The translations under genes and the position numbers were made by a program. Below, piece by piece: positions 37,327-48,449 of a stretch of DNA of 64,000 bases. Under the pieces are notes generated by a model that had not been told where the DNA came from, made no database searches, and saw nothing but the letters and a program-made list of their open reading frames with translations. Position 1 is the first letter of the stretch. Each line of letters begins with the position of its first letter. Source of the DNA: Paraphysomonas bandaiensis (lineage: Eukaryota > Protista > Chrysophyceae); assembly GCA_965644295.1 (NCBI GenBank), contig CBFFRP010000129.1, positions 1 to 64,000 of the forward strand, written 5' to 3'.

Positions 37327-37399
37327 GCCGGGCTAGCTCAGTCGGTAGAGCGCAGGACTCTTAATCCTGTGGTCGTGGGTTCGAGCCCCACGTTCGGTG
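37327..37399 (+). tRNA. tRNA-Lys(CTT), identical second copy
   Basis: Same 73-nt sequence 161 bp downstream, followed by a T6 terminator. Confidence 0.96.
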
Positions 37400-37685
37400 C
37401 ATCATTTTTTGCATCACAAAAAAATTAAGTTTTTATTAAAACCGGCTTTTTATTACCACTTCGTACAGAAATAAAGTTGTAAACGTGGAATATAATATAC
37501 AGAAAAGGGTAGAATTATTGCATTGAGAAAAAAAAGAGTGGATGGTGAAATGGAAACTGAGAGCCACATCTCGTGCACTGTGCATACAATACTCAGCAAA
37601 GGTCTTGAGACAGAAACATATGAATAAAATTTCGTGAAGGTCTAATTAAAGCGTAATATATATTTTACCTTCAACCCACTGCAAG

Positions 37686-38000
37686 ATGTCGGATGGAAAC
37701 GAAAATGCACATGCCAAATTGGCCGAGCTTGAATCTAGAATTCTCGCACTTGAGTCAAATCCAAACACAGGAAGCTCTGCAGATACGGATGCGGCTCTAC
37801 AGGCCTACCAGGCTCAAATGGGTGCTAAACTAAGGATGGTCCGTGATCTAATGAGCAATGAGGTAGGGGATATAGATAAAATTCGTACGGAAAGAGATAA
37901 TGCCATATCTGAAAACGCCGCTTTGCGGAAAGAAATTGAGAAGCTCAATTATCGCATACATCATTTGAAGTCCGCGTTATTAGACAAACTTGATGCGTAA
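37686..38000 (+). CDS. Small coiled-coil hypothetical protein (104 aa)
   Basis: Single-exon ORF with heptads; C-terminal ENAALRKEIEKLNYRIHHL. Confidence 0.7.
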   Translation: MSDGNENAHAKLAELESRILALESNPNTGSSADTDAALQAYQAQMGAKLRMVRDLMSNEVGDIDKIRTERDNAISENAALRKEIEKLNYRIHHLKSALLDKLDA

Positions 38001-38864
38001 ACAATAATAAAAATACCATTATTTGTGAGTTCAAGCATGTATGCGTTGAGTTCCTATTGTGTTTTCTGTGTGTAGGTGATACATTTTTTCTGTGGTAACA
38101 TGAAATCAACTCTACAATTACATTTCCCAGCTGAAATGTAGGCGCGACTTTTAGTTGTAGCAGAGATTTCGTTCCCTTGTCCTCGATAACCTTAGAAGGG
38201 TTTCGATAGAATAAAATTCTGTCAATACATTAAAACGATACGAAATAACAACATATAGTGAGTAATAGTATATAGAAATAAACAGTGTACGAGGGAAGCG
38301 GATATGTAATTTAATATAAACTATTCACGATTTCGTTTGTGTGGAAGAGTTCTACCCGCTGGTAGACTCATCAGTGTAGCAGCTTGCTGGAGTACACTTT
38401 CAAGCCTGTACTATGTCATCACTGGTGGGACTGGTCAAATTTATAATCTCATAATCTCACGTCTGTATAATGTATAGTTCATTCCCCAACAGAGAGTAAC
38501 AGCTAATGTCGTCTATAAATTCATATAACCTCAGCTACATTTGCTAAATTGTATAACGTCTACGACAACATTTCTTGCTTGGAGATGAGTGAAATATTTA
38601 TAGGTTTCGTGATATATCGACTTTCGAATGTCAATTACCGAACAAAACTAAAATTGAAATGGTTTAAAAAAAATAGACGACCGTCGTGAGTTTAATACAA
38701 CAATAGCTTAATATATTTACGAATAATACACACTACCGTATTCATCATGGTGATAGAATATCAACAGTTCCGAGTTCCATTGCACACATTCTATCGTGCC
38801 CATTTTCGCTTTCTATATCATATACTATCCCTACTATATTAACACCACTTTACTTTTAGTCGCC

Positions 38865-39363
38865 TTATTTTCTCGGTGCCCAAGGACTTACAAGCTCCAC
38901 CTGTAGACAGTGAGATACACACTGTGAAAAGTGCGGTCAATCGTACCTGTCCTTGCTTATTAACTGTAGTTTTCTTGATGCTACGAAGTTGCTTTTTACT
39001 CATCCCCTTCATTTTCTCTGCCTTAATCTACAAGAAAGTCAGCGATTGGAAGATACACAGAATACATATTACGTTTTGGTAGACAGTGCTCTTATACTCA
39101 TTTTCTGCTCTCCTCTTCTCTCTCTCTAATCTTCTCTGCTTCTCCTCCTCAATTTTAGCTAACTTTTCTTCCTTTATCTGCTTCTCCATTTCCTTAACTT
39201 GTTGCTTCTTCAATCTGATGGCTTCTTTTTCTTCGAAGCTCTTCGCTAAGTGGGATAACACTCCACGTCGACCTTTAGCGGATGCACGTGCTCTTTGCTT
39301 CGTCTTCCATACTCTCCCACTTTTTGGTCTTCCTTCCGGAATTTCTGCGCCTTGAACACCCAT
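38865..39363 (-). CDS. Cgr1/CCDC86-like ribosome biogenesis coiled-coil protein; 3 exons
   Basis: GRPKSGRVWK, KSFEEK..., RRAENEYKS..Q, KMKGMSKKQLRSIKK; stop TAA at 38865. Confidence 0.8.
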
Positions 39364-39713
39364 GTCTGATATTTACCAATGATAAATATAGTTTAATATA
39401 TAGTTGATTGAGTCTTCTGCATCCAATCGCCTGTGTGCCATGTGTCCATCTATCTATCTATCAGCCTGCTCATCATCTCCACCCATCCTCATCCTGTCCA
39501 CACCACCACTAGAAATACAGTGGGACTACAACGATAATACCGCTTTCTTGTCTGGGTAGAATACCCACCGTAGTACACTGTATTCCTGTCCCTCATACGA
39601 TTGTGTTGCCTGCAACGGTATTGCGTATTGCGGTTACCTGCCTGATATCATCTACATGATACACGCATGACTGTGACATCATTCCTTGGAACCGATATCC
39701 AGAGGATTGAAAG

Positions 39714-40688
39714 ATGGGAGGGGCAGTTAGTATTTCTCCGGGAAGTAGTAACGCGAGTGTGTTTCAGGAGCTCTTACGAGATAAGAAACGAATGCATGAT
39801 TTATACGATGAAATTGCTCGATATGGTAAAGTAGATGGACATATAAATATGACAGGAAAGATAAGCATGATAGAAGTCATATTGTACATTGACAAGTCAG
39901 AGAACCCTATCTTTCAAGGAGTTTTTGCCAAAGAGCCTATTGTAGCGAAAGAAGCCTTTGATTTTGCCGTCGGGAAAATGAACCACGAGCATGAGCTAAC
40001 GAGGAAAGAATTCCGAAAGCTACTACCGGCAATGTTGTTATTTTCGCATCTATGGAAAATATTCGAGGTTGCTGATAATTCAATCGACGATAAGCGTATA
40101 TTCAAACATGAATTCATGAGTTCGAAGAAAACCATAGAGAGCATCGAAGGCGTGCGCGTTTCCGATGTGACAGATGAAGAGTGGGAAGCTGCCTTTACGA
40201 AGTTGGATCAAAATAAAAGCGGATTCATTACGTTCAAGGAGTTTTGCAAATATTGTGTTAAGAAAATTATCAGCCCGGACTTTTATTTGAAGAGCGGCAC
40301 TGAAGAAACTGATCATGAGGTTGTGGGTGTGCCATCAACTCAAGCAGAAAATGGCAAGACTAGCTCTGAGACTGTTCTGCCAACAGACGCCCCAATTGAG
40401 AATACCCCCACCAATGCGAATATTTTAGCGTCGGGATCGAAAACTGAGGATCAGCCCGAGAGTAATTCGGCTGCAAAATCAGCTGAAGGAATATCTGTGG
40501 TGGCACCAGGTGACAGTCCTGCAGATAGCGAAGTTGTCAGGGAAACGACAGCTGAGAAGCAATCTGAGAATAATACAATTACAAAATCAACTGATGAAGT
40601 GTCTGTCGCGGCACTAGGTGACACACCTGCAGAGACTGTGCCCAGCGAAGTTATCGGAGAACCTTCCATTGAAAACCACGGTGTCTAA
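39714..40688 (+). CDS. EF-hand protein, flagellar calcium-binding (calflagin)-like, with acidic low-complexity tail
   Basis: N-terminal MGG (possible myristoylation); EFRKLL..LWKIFEVADNSIDDKRI; FTKLDQNKSGFITFKEFC. Confidence 0.7.
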   Translation: MGGAVSISPGSSNASVFQELLRDKKRMHDLYDEIARYGKVDGHINMTGKISMIEVILYIDKSENPIFQGVFAKEPIVAKEAFDFAVGKMNHEHELTRKEFRKLLPAMLLFSHLWKIFEVADNSIDDKRIFKHEFMSSKKTIESIEGVRVSDVTDEEWEAAFTKLDQNKSGFITFKEFCKYCVKKIISPDFYLKSGTEETDHEVVGVPSTQAENGKTSSETVLPTDAPIENTPTNANILASGSKTEDQPESNSAAKSAEGISVVAPGDSPADSEVVRETTAEKQSENNTITKSTDEVSVAALGDTPAETVPSEVIGEPSIENHGV

Positions 40689-42232
40689 AATATTTGGAAG
40701 ACAGTTCTGCACCAAATGCTTAGATATATGCCATGCCAACAGCGTGCTTTAGATTTTATGTGTACATGCTGAAGGAGAAAATGAAAAATATATGTTGTCT
40801 TACTTTTGTGTTCTATACGTTTAATGGAATCGCACATCTAGTTGAAGTATATATTATCTGCCCCTTTTGTTTAACAGAATATCATAATTCTACTTTCACT
40901 TCGGGATGATTAATGATACTAATATGTATATTAGTATTGCATTGCGATGTTCGTTGTGCTCTGCTTTAGAAAGAGAAACTGGAATGTGAAGTTTATCTTA
41001 AAGCTATAATTTAAAAGCTCAATTATGAATAGTAATTCGCAATTCTGTTCTAACGTCAAGTTATACCTGTTTAGGTGGATAATTTGTGGAGAGTTTTATT
41101 GTAGGAGTATGATAAACTTTAATTGCACTGAAACGCAGTGATTTAGTCTTGATATTGAAAGTATGCCCGAAATAATGAGTGTGTACATCAAGCAGTGCAA
41201 AACAATGTGGAGATATTTGGCTACTGTTGTAGGTGACAAGATAACAAGATAAGGGGAGAAAGTAGTATTCAACCTCGTCAAAATGACTGATATATCATGT
41301 CACACTAACTTTTGTGCAATAATATCATCAAATATATAGATGAAAGACGACATCAAATATCAAATATTGAGTGCAACAACGATAAGGTATTCACTTCTCA
41401 TCGAATCCAGTGTTTCCACTCATTACTCGTTACTCAAGCAAGATAGCATTCTCTAATCATCAACTCATGATTGCTGATGTCATAGAACCTTCGACTTTAT
41501 AGTCAATAAGAAATAGAAAAATAGGGTTAATACAAAGTCTAGTGAAGTTTTTCATCCGGCATTTTTTATCTTATTGGAGTCTAACAGCACAACAATTGAA
41601 GAAGCAAGGATGTTGTCTGAGGAAACACAGCACTTTTAAGTCGAATAGTAAATATAATAGCTTAGATTATATATCTTTTACTGTTTGGAGAAAGGAAGTC
41701 CTTCAATTTCATTACTATTTCATTATTAGACTAGATTTAATAATAAATCTCAATTTTAATTAATTAATTAATTAGTCCATGAAGACACTTATCTTTTTTA
41801 GAGGGTTTAATCATAATTTTTCATCAACCCCAGTATTGAACACGTCGAACTGATGACTCAATCTCTACTCATTTGTCACAAGTGGCTGTTAGATTCTAGT
41901 ATCTGTGCCTTTATATGATATACATATTTTATGTTTGATGAACATCACAAATAATATAATATAACACATCATCAGTTGTAAACACATTGCTATCAATAAG
42001 ACTTTCAATCAAAATGGCTTTCTCTCCTTATTAACTTGTTATTTCCTTAATAAGCGAAACGGGCTCTGTGTTGTGTTCTTAAAAATTCTGCACACTACCT
42101 GCTGGTTTTGGAACTCGCAGTATGATTTCACTCGGACTAGTACTTCAATTTATCAGTATCTTTGTTGGTCTGAACTGTATTTTAGCCCACTTTATTTGAC
42201 TGACACCTTCAACACAGTTGGATTGGCACCTT

Positions 42233-42582
42233 GTCGTGGAGTACTGGGGGATATAATGGGCCTGCCTTTACGAATAAACAGGCATCCAGGAATGGGCCCA
42301 CCTCAAGGGCACCCGGGGTACTGTGGGCTGCCTGCTGAAGACAAGCACTCGGGCTGTTCACCTTAAGGACTCAAAAATCCTGAAGTCAGGAGATGTCAGG
42401 TACACCAACATTCTGCTTTCTCACTGCGTTTGCTTTGAACAGCCAACAGAGCGAAAGTGGTTGCACTTTGGTGCTTGCGGTGACACACAAGCAGCTGTCG
42501 TAGCGCTAAATAGTAGGATACAGAGTTAAGCACTAGTTAGTTAAATTGTTTTGCTATATTAGTTCTAAGTCTTACACGCCTA
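42233..42582 (+). mobile_element. Dispersed repeat R1 copy C (internal deletion)
   Basis: TCGTGGAGTACTGGGGGATA then ACGAATAAACAGGCATCC...GGGCCCACCTCAAGGGCACCCGGGG...CACAAGCAGC, colinear with copies A, B and D. Confidence 0.8.
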
Positions 42583-42878
42583 ACGCAACGTATACCAAAA
42601 AGTGTTGCAAAATTGACGATAAATAAAATTGTTGCAACAATACATAGTCATATTGTATTTGTTACCAGGCCGTCATATATGTACTGCCATTTAAAGCAGT
42701 GAAAAGACTGTACCCTAAAGATAATTAACATGATTGGGTTATTTTCGTATAAAATTTTAACCAACGAATAATAAGAGATTGGGCCACACTGATTGGATAA
42801 TATCATGCAGTTAGGCGTTCCCATATAATGTTGGCTCCTCAAACATACAGACTATAAATCCGCTATCAAAATTGCAAA

Positions 42879-44669
42879 TTAATTGCTGTGGTCTGTAGTA
42901 TCAATATGTAGGCCGAGGGCAGGTTTAATAACATCGACAAAAACAATAGCAGCAATAGCCGTGACAACAGCAGCAGTGCATGCTTTTTGAAAAGTCAAAT
43001 TAAGGTACTGCGAGGCGATTACACGAAGCCATTCATCGTCGAACGCTCGTGCGGAGTACTCGTAAGTAAGACAGTTGAAATACCCCGATAAGGCCGAAAA
43101 GAACACCTGTACAAAAATATCAGCAATAACCTTTCATTTCCAAGGCTTATACACATGAATAAGTATAAAAAATTGAAATGGCAATTCCGAGTGCTGTGTA
43201 CAAATAATCTGTATTATATTCAATACTGCATACCTGAAATATCAGCAGCAGCATATGACATACATTCGAGTCCACAAAGCTCTTTTGGTATATCGTAATA
43301 TTAGCAATTATCGAGAAGAAATAAAGCATGGACACCGTACGAATCATGGAACCCACAAGTAGTCCTTTAATATCCTTGAAAAAACTAGGTACAGGGGCCA
43401 AAGCGAGGGGTCGGCCAAACAGATCAGAGAATATGCGTACAAAATACAAAACAGTCGGTAACTCAATGACTCCAAATAAAACGCATCCATACGTATACGA
43501 GATAAATGTCCCTTGAAGAATAGATGCATAAATGGTGCAAAATAAAGTCCAGCGATAGGGCTCCATTATTTCCTTGCAGTGTGAAGACTTCATAGCATCT
43601 TCCAATAACCCAGGATCCAGACGTAGAAGAGCTCTAGAATCAGCTACGATCCGATCGGTATCTTTCGAGAACATAGAAAAAAGAAAGCTGAACCGTTCAG
43701 TACTACTGTGCCGACTCGCGGAAGGAACAGGGCTGTTAATGGGCAGACTACCTTCAGCTTTCTTTTCAGTTTTACTCTCAACATCGGTAAAAGAAGTTCC
43801 TCTGTCGCATACAAAACTACTAGCCGGCGGGGTGGTAGAAAGTGCTAAACCATTATCATCCTCGACATCAGCTACATCACTAAACCGCCCCGTAGACTCA
43901 CATTCTTCCGCAATATTATCCAGAAGAGGAGTTCGAAGTGTTTTCTTCTTATGAGCTTGTTTAATTAAAATGCCACCTAGGCGCTCGTCCTTCATAAGAA
44001 GCTTATCACGAACTACATCATTTTGACATAACCAAGCCTAAAAACAAATGTGAGTTAAATTCTGAGAGTGGAATTCCTACTTACCCATGCGGCAATACCA
44101 AGAGTGGCAACTGCAGCTGATGTAAAATAAAACGCAAATATACTCGAGGCAGGGACGTTATCGCGAGATAATTTAAACGAAAGGTTTGCGATAATGCCAT
44201 ATACAGCAGGTAGCGCGAATCCAATCTGCTGCATAATTCCTGATTTCATTTGAACAATTCCGGCCAGTGACGTTGTGATGCCATGACATACCCATGTACA
44301 GCAGCCAATAACAACGCATATAGCAATAAGGCCATAAAAGCGGACAAAAGGCGCGATTATAAGGCAGAGCACTAGTATGCCCAGACAGAGCCATATTCGT
44401 CTCCTATAAGTAAACTTTGAGCCGTAGAATACATCATAGTATGCGTCCACCCTCCTCTGTACGTACGACACCGGTAGACCGACTCCATAAAATGCGACGT
44501 TTAAATATACGAAATAGTTGTCTCCGTACTCGACTGAGAAGTAGTGCAGCAGCGAGCCTATACATGTCCAGGGCAGCATATAGGCGCACGACACTACGAT
44601 GAACAAGTACTTGAAACTAGGGGCGGGGGGAGTGGGTGGACGGGAAGTGAAATCGAAACTTTCAAGCAT
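42879..44669 (-). CDS. Equilibrative nucleoside transporter (ENT/SLC29)-like; 3 exons
   Basis: Multiple TM helices; MLPW in TM1, SDLFGR, FSALSGY motifs; long hydrophilic central loop. Confidence 0.7.
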
Positions 44670-45190
44670 GTTATTCGGGGGTGTTTATAGAAACATGACA
44701 GCTATGTCAGGACTATGAATATATATATATGTGTATATGTGTATGATCCTTTAGTTGCGTAAGTATTTCAGTACACTGTACATATGTATGATGCTCTGTA
44801 TATACAGTATATGGTATACAACCTACAGTACTGTATATACTCTGTATATTGAACTCTGTCACTCCTACGTACACCCATACAAACATCCATATCCCATATA
44901 TATGTACAGACTGCTGTATATATGCATACTGCTGTACGAAGTACTATACATATCATCTTGCCATACAGCATACAGCAGTATACATACGGTATATGTGATC
45001 ACGCATCTTATCACCAAACAGACGCGAATCTCATCACATCACACACATATATATATATATGACCTGTGCTCCTAATCTCAACCCCACTTCATTGGGCACT
45101 AAACTGAGATAGAGGTACCCATACACCATAACATGATCCCTGATATATGCCTTATGGATATATCTCCTTAATAACATCTACAATTGACAG
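44670..45190. promoter_or_regulatory. Putative bidirectional promoter with the densest TACAG/CTGTA cluster
   Basis: 44770-44990 consists largely of TACAG, CTGTA, TATAC and GTAC words, between the divergent ENT and MTAN ATGs. Confidence 0.5.
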
Positions 45191-46324
45191 ATGACACCTG
45201 ACGACAGCAATCTGGAAATCACTAAAGAAAGAGGAGTGGTTCGGTCGGTGGTTTTGATTGTGGCCATGCAACAGGAGGCCATGCCATTCATAGAGCGGCA
45301 CTCTCTGGTCGAGTGTGCTCCGTCCCCCTTCCAGCCCGGCTCTCCGATGGTCGCCTATACAGGGACTATCGAATGCATGTCCGGTGGAGCAATACGTATA
45401 CACTTAATGTGAGTGCTTGAGCAGTTTTTTGTCTCAACTTCTAATACGATCCTTAGATGGAATGGACGATGTAAAATCCACAATGTCAATCACGTAGCCA
45501 CAACAGCAGCTGGGGTGAGCACGTATGCTGCTATTTCTTCCTTTCATCCAGACCTTGTGATTTCTGCCGGTACTGCGGGTGGGTTTGGAGAGCTTGGCGC
45601 ACATGTTGGTGATGTTTACTTATCAACGAAATGTATATTTCATGGTCGACGCATTCCTATTTCTTTGAAAGAGAGGTCTCACCAACGGTATCTCGAGGAG
45701 TATGGGTTTGGTCATTTTCGATGCCCCCCTATGTCCCGCTTAGCTAAGATTACTGGACTTAAACAAGGTGTTGTTAGCTCTTCGGATTCTCTAGACTCTT
45801 CTGAAATCGACCTGGAGATTCTCCTCTCCGAGGGAGCGGTTGTAAAGGAAATGGAAGCCGCAGCTGTCGCATGGGTATGCCAACAGCTCGCTGTTCCTTG
45901 TGTAGCAATTAAATCTATCACTGACATCGTCGATGGCCCTCATAAATCAGAAGATGAGTTTTATCATAACCTCAGCATAGCATCTGATGCCTTGCAAGAG
46001 AAACTCACTGTTTTAATTAGGCAAATTGGAAATACAACCTTATCACAGTGGGCTAATAATCCCCCCTCACGTAGTGGTGTTGTTCAGGAAGTCGATACTG
46101 TAGAGTCCACTTGGAGTTCGTCTATAGAGAAGGAATATGATTGTTTTCAACCCACAAACAGTCGTGACGAATTTAACTCAAAACTTAACAAGCAAGACTT
46201 AACACAGCATTACGTGTTGTCAAAAGATTTTGTACATGGTACTACTCTTGGAATACTTGTAGGAGTACTTGGAATTTGTTTCTTCAGTCGAATCGCCTTT
46301 AGTAATGTCCGTTCTGCTTGCTGA
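45191..46324 (+). CDS. 5'-methylthioadenosine/S-adenosylhomocysteine nucleosidase (plant-type MTN) with C-terminal TM extension; 2 exons
   Basis: IVAMQQEAMPF, PDLVISAGTAGGF, RRIP, VKEMEAAAVAWV, KSITDIVDG; intron about 45409-45456. Confidence 0.9.
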
Positions 46325-46947
46325 AGATGTTATTTGTAAAATAATGTGAGATTTGGATGCCATATATAATCTCGATTGCGAACTTGAGATTCAAAGCTAG
46401 CTAATGTATTGCTACTTGAGTGTGTAGTTTAAGTATCAATTAATTGAAATAGGAAATCATTACAGTTACAATTGACCACAGCCTGTGTCAATTAATTGTT
46501 ACGTACTATCTCTTCCGGATATTATTTATTGCGGCTTTCAAACCATATCACAAGTAAAATATAAGTGCTATATCGCAAACCAATGATATCACAGCCTCTC
46601 CTCAACTCCTCCCATCACATCAATTTTCCGCAATATGTCTATTCGTCTATACAGTAGTAATATAATTGAGTTCATAGTACCAAATTTCATATTTTTATTG
46701 ATAGATGTTACAGCTCTATCCACACCACGCACTGCCTACGCTTCATTAAAGCTGTTTCAATGTATACTCATCTTTAAAAGCTGTACATGCATTGTATCTA
46801 ACAAAAGCAAGTGGCTCAGTCTTTCTGAAAGCGTAGAGAAACGAGTAAAATTATCATTCATTATGAATTATGGGCATGCATAAATCACCAATCAACTGAA
46901 CAAAGGAGAGGAATCGATACCAATAACCACTACTTTCGTACGCACAA

Positions 46948-47991
46948 TTAACGATTTCCTGTAAGGTTACTGGCGTATGATACCTGCTCCTTCGTTTCCT
47001 GTGCAAGCTTCTGGCCGTATCCAGAGACAAACCCACCAGACAAACCTCCTCCCCCAGGGGGGCCATCTGCCGAAGGAGGCTTTGCCCACTCAAGCTTTAG
47101 AATAAGATGATCATACCCATGACCCTGCAGGCGTTCCATGGCTCTCTCAGCATCGTCTCTGCGGGCGAATGCGACGTAAGCAAACCCCCTCGGTTCCTTG
47201 TAAACATTTCCGGCCTCGTCCTTCCTCTCTACACGAGGAAGAGACACACGGTGTATATTTCCGAACCGTTGGAATAGATCTCTCAAATCCTCCTCTGTAA
47301 CAGCCTTGGTGAGATTCGATACACGAATTGTGTTCTCGTGATCACGATCCTTGTTCCCCGAATCCATTCCGCCACCACGGGCTCCTCCCCCTCTAGCAGA
47401 CGGTGGGACGTACTTTCCAGGTCCGCCCCCAACAGGTTCGTCCTTACTATCGTCACCCTCATTGGCCTTTTCTCCATCATCCATTCCAGTCATGCCGATC
47501 AATGCTTCCATATCGTTTTCACGCTCGTAAGCGCGCTCTTGTTGCTTAAGAATAAAGTTCGCTAGAGTGTTGCCAAGGGCGGGGTCATCTGTGTCTTCTG
47601 TAAGTGCGTCATCAGGATGCTCTATTGACACAAAGTCAGGAGAAAGGAGAGTGACATTCACTTGGCCTTCTGTGGCATCTCCGAATTTAGGAAGTTTAGC
47701 TCTTTCCAAAACTCGTTTAGGTATTCTGGTCTTAACCTCACGAACTCTAATCTTAGTTGTTGTTTTAATCTACAGCAGACAAATATCATCAAATTATTTA
47801 ATCACTTTCATTTTAATGTATCATACTTTTTGTCCTTTGGAATTTACGGTAACTTTAACCCGCTGTTTGAAGCCATTAGCATCCACAGGAGTCTGTGCAG
47901 AGAGTTCGAGTTAATCAATAGAATCAATAGGAAACTACCCTACCTCAAATTCCTCATCATCCTCATCAATCCACTGCTTCCTGTCGCTCAT
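46948..47991 (-). CDS. EIF3G: Eukaryotic translation initiation factor 3 subunit G; 3 exons
   Basis: MSDRKQWID, KFGDA, GKYVPPSAR, RRM TIRVSNL..RGFAYVAF..LQGHGYDHLILKLEWAKP. Confidence 0.93.
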
Positions 47992-48449
47992 TTTAAATTA
48001 CTCTATTGGAGATATATGAATAAGCTAACTATATAAGCAGATAGAGATGGTCCAAGTCAGCCCTCTGGTGCCTATATGAGTGTGTGTGTGTTGTGGTGTA
48101 TGGTGGATGTATACTGTACGATATGATATACATATACAGCATATACCATACCGCTCATCTCACCTCTTCTCAACCATCAATATACAAACCATACTACATA
48201 CAGTATACAGCAGACTACTGATACTAGACTCCAAGAAAAAAAAAAATAAGGGTGAGCTGAGTCTACAGTTACATGCTCTGTACACTGTACATGTACACTC
48301 TACAGCAGCAGTTCACTCTATAGTATAGACATACACAGAGACACTGACTGCTCGATGTACATGTATATATATCAGGAGAGGGATTTCATGATCCTTTATA
48401 ACACTCCTATAGCCATGCACGGGAAATGATTCAATAAGGTTTAAAGGTT

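Noticed and set aside
38327-38398. Hammerhead-like motif on the minus strand: CTGATGA-GTCTACC-AGCG-GGTAGA...CGAAA with an upstream TGTA/TACA stem
   Set aside because: A 15-nt insertion separates stem II from GAAA, and there is no UH cleavage triplet or stem III; at most a decayed relic.
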